This document shows, piece by piece, positions 25,101 through 36,464 of a stretch of DNA of 64,000 nt (position 1 is its first letter; each line of letters starts with the position of its first letter). Both the position numbers and the translations under genes were made by a program. This stretch comes from Macrostomum lignano. Lineage: Eukaryota. Location of the stretch: the NCBI GenBank assembly GCA_002269645.1, contig NIVC01003165.1:51852-115851 (forward strand), given 5' to 3'. The notes under the pieces were generated by a model. That model saw only the letters and a program-made list of their open reading frames with translations, was not told the origin of the DNA and did not search any database.

Positions 25101-27412
25101 GCAGTGGCTCACGCCGAAATGCACTTGCCTGGCTCGCTGGTGTCGTGACCGGTCCACCTCCTGGCCGCACATCCGGGATCGCCAACGGCCGGAAGTGCCA
25201 CCGGAAGGCCGGCCATGCGTCATCGTCATCATCATCGTCATCGGGATCGTCCTCCGGGATCGGTGTCAGGGTCGCGGGTCCTGCACCGTCCGGGGTATCA
25301 GTCGACCTGCGGCGCTTCTTGGCCTTGTCGACTTCTGGATCCGAAGTCAGCTGGTAGTCGGCATCAGGTACGAGCAGCAGATTCCGGCGATGGACTACTA
25401 GCTCGTCGCGTCTGGCCCGCGGGTTTGGCACTGTACGGCGAATCTTGTAGACGACCTCGCCCTTGGGTTCGACTACCTCGTACAGCGCTTTGCGAGGTCG
25501 ATGGAACTTCGCCGCTTCATCCGGTTCGAGCACCGGGTTGTTGAGGAAAACCAGGTCACCGGGTTGGAGCTTCTTGGCGGCGGGCAGGTTCGAGTAGTGC
25601 TCGTCGCGCAGCTGCTGGTGCAGATGCAGGCGGTCTTTGGCCAGTTCGGTTGCTTCGTCCAATCGGCGCTGGAAGTCCTTGACATAGTCAGGCAGATCGG
25701 CATACTCCGGCAGCTTCTTGATCGCGTTGTCGATTGGTAGTCGAAAATCTCGACCAAACACCAGGTAGTGTGGCGTGAAGCCTGTCACCGGGTGTACACT
25801 AGAGCGGAGAGCCATCAGACAGGCTGCAGGCTGGGAGAAAGGTGTCCCAGTCGTTATGGTTGCGCTCGAGGAGGCAGGTGAGGACACTCTTCAGCTGCTT
25901 GTTGAGGTTCTCGACTTGCCCATTTGAAGCTGGATTGTACGGTGTTGTCGTCTTATTCCGGATGCCAAACAGGTCGCAGAACTTCTTGAAAGCTGAGCCA
26001 GTGAAATTGGTTCCTCGATCAGTGTGTATCCAGCATGGTACACCAAAGTCAGGGATCAAGCGCTCCTGCAGGATGTTGATGACCGTCTTGGCTTTCTGGT
26101 TACTCTTCCCAGAACTTCGCACACAGGGAAGCTCTGTACAGGTACTCGGTCTCGTCTTCGGGATTTACTTTCAAGACAGGCGCGGCACTTACTGATAAAG
26201 TTCTCGGTGACACGGGCTAGTCCGGGCCTCCAGAATCGTTCACGTAGCCGCTTCAACGTCTTCGTCTGGCCGAGGTGTCCACACAGTGGCGAACTGTGGA
26301 GCTCCTGGAGCACCTGGGCATCAAGAGACTCAGGCAGGACAACCTTCGGGGACTGCTGGCCGTCGGTCAGGTCGATCATCAGCAGGCCGTTGTCCTCTAG
26401 CAGATTATCATAATATCCGAGCAGGTTCCGCTGCTCCTTCGTCAGCCGCAACCGGGCGTCGAACTCAGGCTTCGGGGCTTTGTTCTCGACCAAGTTGAGC
26501 ACGTAGCTGATAGCTCGGTCGGCGCGCTGCGCGTCGACAAACTGCTGCCGCGTCATCGGCAACCTCAGAAAATCGGTGAGCACGGCGCGGCATGGCTGAG
26601 GGTTCCGGATTTCCTCAGTCTCCGCTTCTGTGGCTCGCAGTTGATCACACGACTCCGTCTTGTCGGCGTCAGGATTAGGTCGCTCCGAGGGACTTTGTCT
26701 CACAACGTCGGCGTACGATCGCTGATCTCGTTTCGAAGTTCTCATCGTCGCTCTCTTGACAGGAATTTCCGCAGCTGGAGCAGTGCACTTGCCTCCACTG
26801 CACAGCCCAGGCGACTCTTGGCTGTAGGGCGAGACGCAACACGTGAAGCACGCCTCGTCGCAGGCAGCCGTAGCCGTCGGCTCGATCATCGTCGTCATTG
26901 GGTGAGTCTTCTCCAGCACTGGGCGGTGTCGCAAAGGGGGACTCGACTTTCCGCACAGGCGATGAGCAGCTGTCTGTCGGCTCGGGGGACAGAGCGTTGA
27001 CCTTGCAGCCGTCGCGAGAGTCTGGCCTCTGTCAACACGGCGAGAACTCTCAGCGCAAAACTCCGGGGAGTTGAACTTACATTGCTGGTCTGGATTCGCG
27101 TTGTGGGCTAGCTGTCATCAGTAGGGCTGCTTGTTCAGTGGCCTCTGAGTCGTAGTCCATGGGCGTCTCCAGGTTCCGAGACCCGCAGTCTTGGACATCA
27201 TCAAGGAGGTCTACGTCAGCAGTGGCCTCCGGGGTTATGTCCGGGCGAATCTCCAAGTAACGGCAGTCGGCGTTGGCGTCGCTGCGGAGGGCTGAGGTGT
27301 CAGTGGCCTCCGGGTTGGTGTCCAAACCGGTCTCCAGGCGAGTGAGGGCGAGGGCGAGGGCGAGGGCAACAGCTGACTAGTGCGGCGCCTAACTAAACTA
27401 GCGACTCACTAA
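22140..27412 (-). mobile_element. Internally deleted Ty3/Gypsy LTR retrotransposon (3' LTR ~22140-23225; 5' LTR reduced to ~27340-27412)
   Basis: The LTR begins TGTAGTGAG on the minus strand at 23225, directly after a GGGGAGAG PPT. The same LTR start sequence recurs at 27350-27411. Integrase remnants lie between. The left boundary is approximate. Confidence 0.82.
24649..26934 (-). pseudogene. pol: Gypsy pol remnant: integrase Zn-finger (HHCC), partial rve core and C-terminal GPY/F region; RT and RNase H absent
   Basis: 'ELHSSPLCGHLGQTKT...RFWRPGL......CRAC', 'FGVP..IHTDRGTNF...TT.YNPASNGQVENLNK.LK', 'RSSVHPVTGFTP..LVFGR..RLPID'. The fragments are broken by frameshifts and a deletion. Confidence 0.9.
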
Positions 27413-27762
27413 GTTGAATAGGCTTAATATTGAAGCAAAAATAGGCCTGAAAAAAATTTTTTGTCTTCTAAATATTTTACAATATTCTTTATAAAAAAGG
27501 TGAATCAATTCACTTTTATAGACAAAGGGCTTATCAACTTGAGTTTATAAAGTAAAGTCCCTAGTTATTCCCTTGGTTGTTCTTCTCTATCCCAAGTCCA
27601 ATTTTTGTTGCTCTTTTTTGCCAAACCCAGCATTCCAGTATCACTGTGAATAAAATGACGTATCATTTATATACACATAGGTTACTCGGGCTCCACTTTA
27701 TGAGCTAAGTTGACCAGCCCTTTTTAGGATAAATCATTATGCTATATTAAAGGGGATGTCAA

Positions 27763-30432
27763 CTTAAGCACCAGAATGGAGCCCGAAGTTCAGCTCCGGA
27801 CCAAACCGACTGCAATCGATAACTTGTCGGCCCAGACGACTAGAATCGCCGAGACATCCCATCCGGCTCCCTTCCTTGGGGTCCCAGGGGATAAAGGGGA
27901 TAAAATGGGGATCTCATGTCAACTTAAGGCTCTGGAATGGAGCCCGAAGTTCAGCTCCGGACCAAACCGACTGCAATCGATAACTTGTCGGCCCAGACGA
28001 CTAGAATCGCCGAGACATCCCATCCGGCTCCCTTCCTTGGGGTCCCAGGGGATAAAGGGGATAAAATGGGGATCTCATGTCAACTTAAGGCTCTGGAATG
28101 GAGCCCGAAGTTCAGCTCCGGCCCAAACCGACTGCAATCGATAACTTGTCGGCCCAGACGACTAGAATCGCCGAGACATCCCATCCGGCTCCCTTCCTTG
28201 GGGTCCCAGGGGATAAAGGGGATAAAATGGGGATCTCATGTCAACTTAAGGCTCTGGAATGGAGCCCGAAGTTCAGCTCCGGACCAAACCGACTGCAATC
28301 GATAACTTGTCGGCCCAGACGACTAGAATCGCCGAGACATCCCATCCGGCTCCCTTCCTTGGGGTCCCAGGGGATAAAGGGGATAAAATGGGGATCTCAT
28401 GTCAACTTAAGGCTCTGGAATGGAGCCCGAAGTTCAGCTCCGGCCCAAACCGACTGCAATCGATAACTTGTCGGCCCAGACGACTAGAATCGCCGAGACA
28501 TCCCATCCGGCTCCCTTCCTTGGGGTCCCAGGGGATAAAGGGGATAAAATGGGGATCTCATGTCAACTTAAGGCTCTGGAATGGAGCCCGAAGTTCAGCT
28601 CCGGACCAAACCGACTGCAATCGATAACTTGTCGGCCCAGACGACTAGAATCGCCGAGACATCCCATCCGGCTCCCTTCCTTGGGGTCCCAGGGGATAAA
28701 GGGGATAAAATGGGGATCTCATGTCAACTTAAGGCTCTGGAATGGAGCCCGAAGTTCAGCTCCGGACCAAACCGACTGCAATCGATAACTTGTCGGCCCA
28801 GACGACTAGAATCGCCGAGACATCCCATCCGGCTCCCTTCCTTGGGGTCCCAGGGGATAAAGGGGATAAAATGGGGATCTCATGTCAACTTAAGGCTCTG
28901 GAATGGAGCCCGAAGTTCAGCTCCGGCCCAAACCGACTGCAATCGATAACTTGTCGGCCCAGACGACTAGAATCGCCGAGACATCCCATCCGGCTCCCTT
29001 CCTTGGGGTCCCAGGGGATAAAGGGGATAAAATGGGGATCTCATGTCAACTTAAGGCTCTGGAATGGAGCCCGAAGTTCAGCTCCGGACCAAACCGACTG
29101 CAATCGATAACTTGTCGGCCCAGACGACTAGAATCGCCGAGACATCCCATCCGGCTCCCTTCCTTGGGGTCCCAGGGGATAAAGGGGATAAAATGGGGAT
29201 CTCATGTCAACTTAAGGCTCTGGAATGGAGCCCGAAGTTCAGCTCCGGCCCAAACCGACTGCAATCGATAACTTGTCGGCCCAGACGACTAGAATCGCCG
29301 AGACATCCCATCCGGCTCCCTTCCTTGGGGTCCCAGGGGATAAAGGGGATGAAATGGGGATCTCATGTCAACTTAAGGCTCTGGAATGGAGCCCGAAGTT
29401 CAGCTCCGGACCAAACCGACTGCAATCGATAACTTGTCGGCCCAGACGACTAGAATCGCCGAGACATCCCATCCGGCTCCCTTCCTTGGGGTCCCAGGGG
29501 ATAAAGGGGATAAAATGGGGATCTCATGTTAACTTAAGGCTCTGGAATGGAGCCCAAAGTTCAGCTCCGGACCAAACCGACTGCAATCGATAACTTGTCG
29601 GCCCAGACGACTAGAATCGCCGAGACATCCCATCCGGCTCCCTTCCTTGGGGTCCCAGGGGATAAAGGGGATAAAATGGGGATCTCATGTCAACTTAAGG
29701 CTCTGGAATGGAGCCCGAAGTTCAGCTCCGGACCAAACCGACTGCAATCGATAACTTGTCGGCCCAGACGACTAGAATCGCCGAGACATCCCATCCGGCT
29801 CCCTTCCTTGGGGTCCCAGGGGATAAAGGGGATAAAATGGGGATCTCATGTCAACTTAAGGCTCTGGAATGGAGCCCGAAGTTCAGCTCCGGCCCAAACC
29901 GACTGCAATCGATAACTTGTCGGCCCAGACGACTAGAATCGCCGAGACATCCCATCCGGCTCCCTTCCTTGGGGTCCCAGGGGATAAAGGGGATAAAATG
30001 GGGATCTCATGTCAACTTAAGGCTCTGGAATGGAGCCCGAAGTTCAGCTCCGGACCAAACCGACTGCAATCGATAACTTGTCGGCCCAGACGACTAGAAT
30101 CGCCGAGACATCCCATCCGGCTCCCTTCCTTGGGGTCCCAGGGGATAAAGGGGATAAAATGGGGATCTCATGTCAACTTAAGGCTCTGGAATGGAGCCCG
30201 AAGTTCAGCTCCGGACCAAACCGACTGCAATCGATAACTTGTCGGCCCAGACGACTAGAATCGCCGAGACATCCCATCCGGCTCCCTTCCTTGGGGTCCC
30301 AGGGGATAAAGGGGATAAAATGGGGATCTCATGTCAACTTAAGGCTCTGGAATGGAGCCCGAAGTTCAGCTCCGGACCAAACCGACTGCAATCGATAACT
30401 TGTCGGCCCAGACGACTAGAATCGCCGAGACA
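27763..30432 (+). repeat. 161-bp satellite array, ~16.5 near-identical copies (left arm)
   Basis: ORF starts recur every 161 bp from 27776 to 30352. Confidence 0.97.
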
Positions 30433-30699
30433 TCCGCTGTGCCACTATGTTCCGCTATGTGCTACTTTGCTGCCATTAAGCAGGACAAATGTGTTAACGA
30501 GAGGCACAAACCGTATCAGTGGCTGCCGTCAGCCGGCTTCAGTGAGCCCAGCCGATTAGACGTTGTTATCGAGCCTCGATTGCAAAGTACAACCGGGCGC
30601 ATCCAGGTTTTGAATCATTTAAACAGCTCCACCGTCATGGACAGGGCTATCGTTGTTCGAATTCGGTCAGAATTTCATGCGCCGAGTGCCAACGAACTG

Positions 30700-31430
30700 A
30701 ACGAAATTGAGCAGCTGCACTTCAACTGTGATCTGAAGCGTGCCCCCCTGCTAACACAAGGGCATGGATTGCTGTCAACCCGCTGGATCCAAAAAGCTCG
30801 GGGTTCCCCCGAATTCACACAGTGAATTTGTCAGAGGTTTCGGTGGATCCGTATCAACTAAATCAAGCCGATTATTACATTCAAAACATTCGTGTCAAGG
30901 AGGTTCTCGATAGCTACGAAGGTGACTCCTGGAGAGACTTTGAGTTACACATCCAAGCCGCCGGGAGTGTTGGAAGTTTCGGCAAGCGACGCCGCTAGAA
31001 AACTGGAGCAACCGATTCGGTCGGTGGCATCCGTCTTGATTTTTCTTGATTTGATTTTGTCGTTTTCTCGCGCCATAATTCAAAATCCTACCGCGTGATT
31101 CTTAGAGTGTGTGACAGCAGCGGACAATCGCTTTGGTTTTAGAGATCCAGGATTGCAACTTCTTCCTGGCTTCTACTCGTCAGCAAAAGCAGGAAGTAGG
31201 ACTGCAGGCTGCGATTGTCATGTACGAGCGTAATGGCAGTGCTCAAACTCCTGGGCTGCTACGCTTACCACCAAGATACATATGTAGCTATCGAAGGTCT
31301 GGTGCCGGCCTTCGCTTTGTTGATTTCGCTCTTCCACGCAGCCTTGTTGCCAGACTTTATGCTAGAGAAAACGCATTACCACAGCAGCGAAAGCCTACTG
31401 AGCAACAGTTTAGGGGCCAGCGAGAGGAGT
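30700..31430 (+). pseudogene. Decayed coding remnant resembling a transposase C-terminus with a SWIM-like Cys/His motif
   Basis: Across frameshifts: 'PYQLNQADYY', 'FSRHNSKSYRVILR', 'LPGFYSSAKAGSRTAGCDCHV..VMAVL..LG.YAYH'. This resembles the 'SRH....Y...GWYC.CK.G.RTVGCC.HV' C-terminus I recall from invertebrate DDE transposases; not verified by HMM. Confidence 0.5.
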
Positions 31431-33975
31431 TTCAGTCAGCCCAAGGAAGGGAGCCGGATGGGATGTCTCTGCGATTCTAGTCGTCTTGGCCGACAAGTTA
31501 TCGATTGCAGTCGGTTTGGTCCGGAGCTGAACTTCGGGCTCCATTCCAGAGCCTTAAGTTGACATGAGATCCCCATTTTATCCCCTTTATCCCCTGGGAC
31601 CCCAAGGAAGGGAGCCGGATGGGATGTCTCGGCGATTCTAGTCGTCTGGGCCGACAAGTTATCGATTGCAGTCGGTTTGGTCCGGAGCTGAACTTCGGGC
31701 TCAATTCCAGAGCCTTAAGTTGACATGAGATCCCCATTTTATCCCCTTTATCCCCTGGGACCCCAAGGAAGGGAGCCGGATGGGATGTCTCGGCGATTCT
31801 AGTCGTCTGGGCCGACAAGTTATCGATTGCAGTCGGTTTGGTCCGGAGCTGAACTTCGGGCTCCATTCCAGAGCCTTAAGTTGACATGAGATCCCCATTT
31901 TATCCCCTTTATCCCCTGGGACCCCAAGGAAGGGAGCCGGATGGGATGTCTCGGCGATTCTAGTCGTCTGGGCCGACAAGTTATCGATTGCAGTCGGTTT
32001 GGTCCGGAGCTGAACTTCGGGCTCAATTCCAGAGCCTTAAGTTGACATGAGATCCCCATTTTATCCCCTTTATCCCCTGGGACCCCAAGGAAGGGAGCCG
32101 GATGGGATGTCTCGGCGATTCTAGTCGTCTGGGCCGACAAGTTATCGATTGCAGTCGGTTTGGTCCGGAGCTGAACTTCGGGCTCCATTCCAGAGCCTTA
32201 AGTTGACATGAGATCCCCATTTTATCCCCTTTATCCCCTGGGACCCCAAGGAAGGGAGCCGGATGGGATGTCTCGGCGATTCTAGTCGTCTGGGCCGACA
32301 AGTTATCGATTGCAGTCGGTTTGGTCCGGAGCTGAACTTCGGGCTCCATTCCAGAGCCTTAAGTTGACATGAGATCCCCATTTTATCCCCTTTATCCCCT
32401 GGGACCCCAAGGAAGGGAGCCGGATGGGATGTCTCGGCGATTCTAGTCGTCTGGGCCGACAAGTTATCGATTGCAGTCGGTTTGGTCCGGAGCTGAACTT
32501 CGGGCTCCATTCCAGAGCCTTAAGTTGACATGAGATCCCCATTTTATCCCCTTTATCCCCTGGGACCCCAAGGAAGGGAGCCGGATGGGATGTCTCGGCG
32601 ATTCTAGTCGTCTGGGCCGACAAGTTATCGATTGCAGTCGGTTTGGTCCGGAGCTGAACTTCGGGCTCCATTCCAGAGCCTTAAGTTGACATGAGATCCC
32701 CATTTTATCCCCTTTATCCCCTGGGACCCCAAGGAAGGGAGCCGGATGGGATGTCTCGGCGATTCTAGTCGTCTGGGCCGACAAGTTATCGATTGCAGTC
32801 GGTTTGGGCCGGAGCTGAACTTCGGGCTCCATTCTGGTGCTTAAGCTGACATGAGATCCCCATTTTATCCCCTTTATCCCCTGGGACCCCAAGGAAGGGA
32901 GCCGGATGGGATGTCTCGGCGATTCTAGTCGTCTGGGCCGACAAGTTATCGATTGCAGTCGGTTTGGTCCGGAGCTGAACTTCGGGCTCCATTCCAGAGC
33001 CTTAAGTTGACATGAGATCCCCATTTTATCCCCTTTATCCCCTGGGACCCCAAGGAAGGGAGCCGGATGGGATGTCTCGGCGATTCTAGTCGTCTGGGCC
33101 GACAAGTTATCGATTGCAGTCGGTTTGGTCCGGAGCTGAACTTCGGGCTCAATTCCAGAGCCTTAAGTTGACATGAGATCCCCATTTTATCCCCTTTATC
33201 CCCTGGGACCCCAAGGAAGGGAGCCGGATGGGATGTCTCGGCGATTCTAGTCGTCTGGGCCGACAAGTTATCGATTGCAGTCGGTTTGGTCCGGAGCTGA
33301 ACTTCGGGCTCCATTCCAGAGCCTTAAGTTGACATGAGATCCCCATTTTATCCCCTTTATCCCCTGGGACCCCAAGGAAGGGAGCCGGATGGGATGTCTC
33401 GGCGATTCTAGTCGTCTGGGCCGACAAGTTATCGATTGCAGTCGGTTTGGTCCGGAGCTGAACTTCGGGCTCCATTCCAGAGCCTTAAGTTGACATGAGA
33501 TCCCCATTTTATCCCCTTTATCCCCTGGGACCCCAAGGAAGGGAGCCGGATGGGATGTCTCGGCGATTCTAGTCGTCTGGGCCGACAAGTTATCGATTGC
33601 AGTCGGTTTGGTCCGGAGCTGAACTTCGGGCTCCATTCCAGAGCCTTAAGTTGACATGAGATCCCCATTTTATCCCCTTTATCCCCTGGGACCCCAAGGA
33701 AGGGAGCCGGATGGGATGTCTCGGCGATTCTAGTCGTCTGGGCCGACAAGTTATCGATTGCAGTCGGTTTGGTCCGGAGCTGAACTTCGGGCTCCATTCC
33801 AGAGCCTTAAGTTGACATGAGATCCCCATTTTATCCCCTTTATCCCCTGGGACCCCAAGGAAGGGAGCCGGATGGGATGTCTCGGCGATTCTAGTCGTCT
33901 GGGCCGACAAGTTATCGATTGCAGTCGGTTTGGTCCGGAGCTGAACTTCGGGCTCCATTCTGGTGCTTAAGTTGA
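31430..33975 (-). repeat. 161-bp satellite array, ~15.7 copies, inverted (right arm)
   Basis: Reverse complement of the left arm, with the same periodic peptides on the minus strand. Confidence 0.97.
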
Positions 33976-34382
33976 CATCCCCTTTATATTAGAATTTATA
34001 TAACACTTTGACATGGTACTCTTTGCTCTTGTGGCATTGTGACAGTTTTTCACCAATGTATAAGAAAATTGTATAATTTTTATATCATGGGCAATTTTCT
34101 GGATTAGATGCATTCCAGGATTTCCTGGTATAATATATAAAAATATGTATATATATATATATATATATATCATGTAATCCTGGCTAATGTGTTCATATTT
34201 CTATCCTTGTTGGAAAATCCTAACTAAATTCTTGTCAGTGGGTGACTTTTTGACAAGAAATAATTTTGCTAATAAATTGCATTGTAAAATAAAACAGTGT
34301 AGGTTGAAGTTAAGTTTAAGAGTTCCATATGGGTCCTCTCGCTAGTATTAATGATCTATAAAGTTCTGTACTTGACGATGAT

Positions 34383-34973
34383 TTGCAGTCTCCAGCACCA
34401 CTAGGAGGTGGCAGAAGCTGGCAGCAGCTGCTGCACTCTGGCCAGCGGGCCCTGCCGCAGCCGGCCCTGCTGCTGGGCCCAGTGACCCGTGGATTCCAGC
34501 GCGGCCGTCGGCTGGGCTTTCCAACCGCAAATCTGGCATCAGACGCACTGGTGGATGCCGACCGATTGCCCAGCTATGGCGTCTACTGCGGCCGCGCCGT
34601 GCTGCTTGATGAAGCTGCAGCTGAAGCTGGCAGCTTGAGGAGTTATCGATTCACGGGGCCATCCCTGCCAGCCATTCTGAGCTGGGGCTCGAACCCGCAG
34701 TTCGGGCTGGACAAGGCACTGTTTGAGGTGCACATCATCCACTGGCCGGCCAGCCAGCCCGCAGAGTTCTATGGCCGCACCCTGGCCTGCCTGGTGACTC
34801 ACTACTTGCGGGATGAGGCCAGATTTCCCGGCGGCATCGATCAGCTGACCGAAGCAATTAGATTGGACCTGCTAGTTGCTAAGGCGTTGCTAGGGCCACT
34901 TGCTGATGCCCAAGATCGACAACTGAAGGATCGGTTAGTCCGTCTGGAGACTGCAGCTGCCAGCAAACTGTGA
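34383..34973 (+). CDS. RFK: Riboflavin kinase (5' end or start uncertain; acceptor TTTGCAG at 34388)
   Basis: 'G.V.RGF.RG..LGFPTANL', 'GVYCG', 'S.G.NP.F', catalytic 'EVHII', 'FYG', 'YLRDE..F...L...I..D'. Confidence 0.92.
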   Translation: MQSPAPLGGGRSWQQLLHSGQRALPQPALLLGPVTRGFQRGRRLGFPTANLASDALVDADRLPSYGVYCGRAVLLDEAAAEAGSLRSYRFTGPSLPAILSWGSNPQFGLDKALFEVHIIHWPASQPAEFYGRTLACLVTHYLRDEARFPGGIDQLTEAIRLDLLVAKALLGPLADAQDRQLKDRLVRLETAAASKL

Positions 34974-35095
34974 TTGCAGTGCAGCTATTTGCTTTTTTAG
35001 TCCATCTATGAATGAACTGGAATCAGCACAAACAAACTACAAACTAAGTTATGAAAATCTGAAGGCAGTAGGATTTTCCAATCAGAATTTATGCG

Positions 35096-35159
35096 ACAAT
35101 TATCGGCACTTTAAGAGACTTTTTACGATATGCCTTTGTTTTAAAGTGCCGATAATTGT
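35096..35159. other. Perfect 19-bp inverted repeat with a 26-nt loop
   Basis: ACAATTATCGGCACTTTAA (35096-35114) pairs with TTAAAGTGCCGATAATTGT (35141-35159). Confidence 0.85.
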
Positions 35160-36464
35160 GGTATAACGTGTGACAAGCAGGTCCTATTGACGTCAGCTTT
35201 TCACAGTATGCTGCTTTTATATAAACGAAGGACAGTGTGAAATTTGAGACATCTTCGATTTTTAAACATCTTCTATCAAACGTTATGGCAAAAAGTTCGG
35301 CAATTTTGAGGTAAATGCCTCGCTTTCACTTCCCATAGCTATAAAAATAGAACAAAGTAGAAGAGTATAGAACACATTAAAAGCCTGCGTTTAACACTAG
35401 GGCTAAAAATAGCGATTCCAACCATAGACGATCTGTTTGGGAGCAAGATTTTCGCTGAGTGAGCCATCTAGTGTTTATAGAATCTGTGGTATAGACAGAG
35501 TTCGGGATTGAAACTTCAGCATGTTGCTAAGTGTGTATTTAACATCCTAATTGTTACAGAATATGTCTGATTCAATTGGCTCTTCTGCAACCTTCCCCAG
35601 TGCTTTTAACTCTATAATCTATGATAAACTCCTGAAGTACATTACAAATCCCGCAAATTCGTCACTCAATTGTGTATCATTTTTGGTGCTATTCAATTTA
35701 TAAAGGCCATGAATCGAGTCATTTAGAGTCGTTTGAACCAGGTTAAGCTTGACCAGAATTTATCCATTTTGCCTTGAATCATAAAACTGTTCCATCTGGG
35801 AACTGCTCTAGACGCAACTCAGTGATTCTGCAATCTGCATAGATTCGAATACGACTCTATGGCCCCAGAGTCGCAGACAATAAAACTCCTCTAATTGGCT
35901 CTTAGGCGACTCTTTGACAACTATTAGCGTATTATTCAATCATTGCTAGCAACTGTATTGCCTACGGTATTACAAAATGTTCATTTTTTGAAGAAAAGAA
36001 TTCAAACGCGCCCTGATTTTTTCATTAGATTATCATGAACTTTTTATTACAAATGCCACTTTCAATTATACGATTGGTGTTGGGTTTAAATAGATAGTAC
36101 CTGTTTTAATGCATTATAGAATAATTTTTAGCATTTTCTAGTGCTTTTTACATTCATTAAATAAATTTTTATGAATGATTGAAATATCTGGGACCTTTTT
36201 TGCTCTCCTTTGAATATATTGATTTATTGCTTACTTGTTAGCTAGCTAGCTTGATAGTTGATTGAGCAAATAGAGAGCTCTTAAAATTTAGAGCAGCACT
36301 TCCTAGTTGATTTGCCGGCAATTTACCTGGTTATCCTCGTTGTTTCTGCCTTTGCGAGCATGGACTCGGGTGGCAAGGTTCGAAAGCGGAGGAGAGCGGC
36401 GATGCTCTGAATCTGGCCGTTGTCTCGAAGCTCTGCTCAACTGATCAGCCAATCGACCTGTCGA

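Larger units (their letters stand above)
27749..33985. mobile_element. Foldback-type DNA transposon with satellite-expanded TIRs (possibly Kolobok-like termini)
   Basis: Termini AAAGGGGATGTCAACTTAAGCACCAGAATGGAGCCC are exactly inverted at both ends. The flanks read as an ATATT/ATATT 5-bp duplication, or as TTAA/TTAT if the termini are AGGGG. Confidence 0.8.

Noticed and set aside
27776-33958. About 35 repeated 122-aa ORFs ('MEPEVQLRTK...')
   Set aside because: They are overlapping translations of a 161-bp satellite (not a multiple of 3), with no protein motifs.
27763-33975. CRISPR-like appearance of this and other arrays
   Set aside because: There are no unique spacers and no cas genes, and the context is eukaryotic.
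35141-35159. AAAGUGC (miR-17/302-type seed) in the hairpin 3' arm
   Set aside because: Those families are vertebrate, and a 7-mer match is expected by chance.
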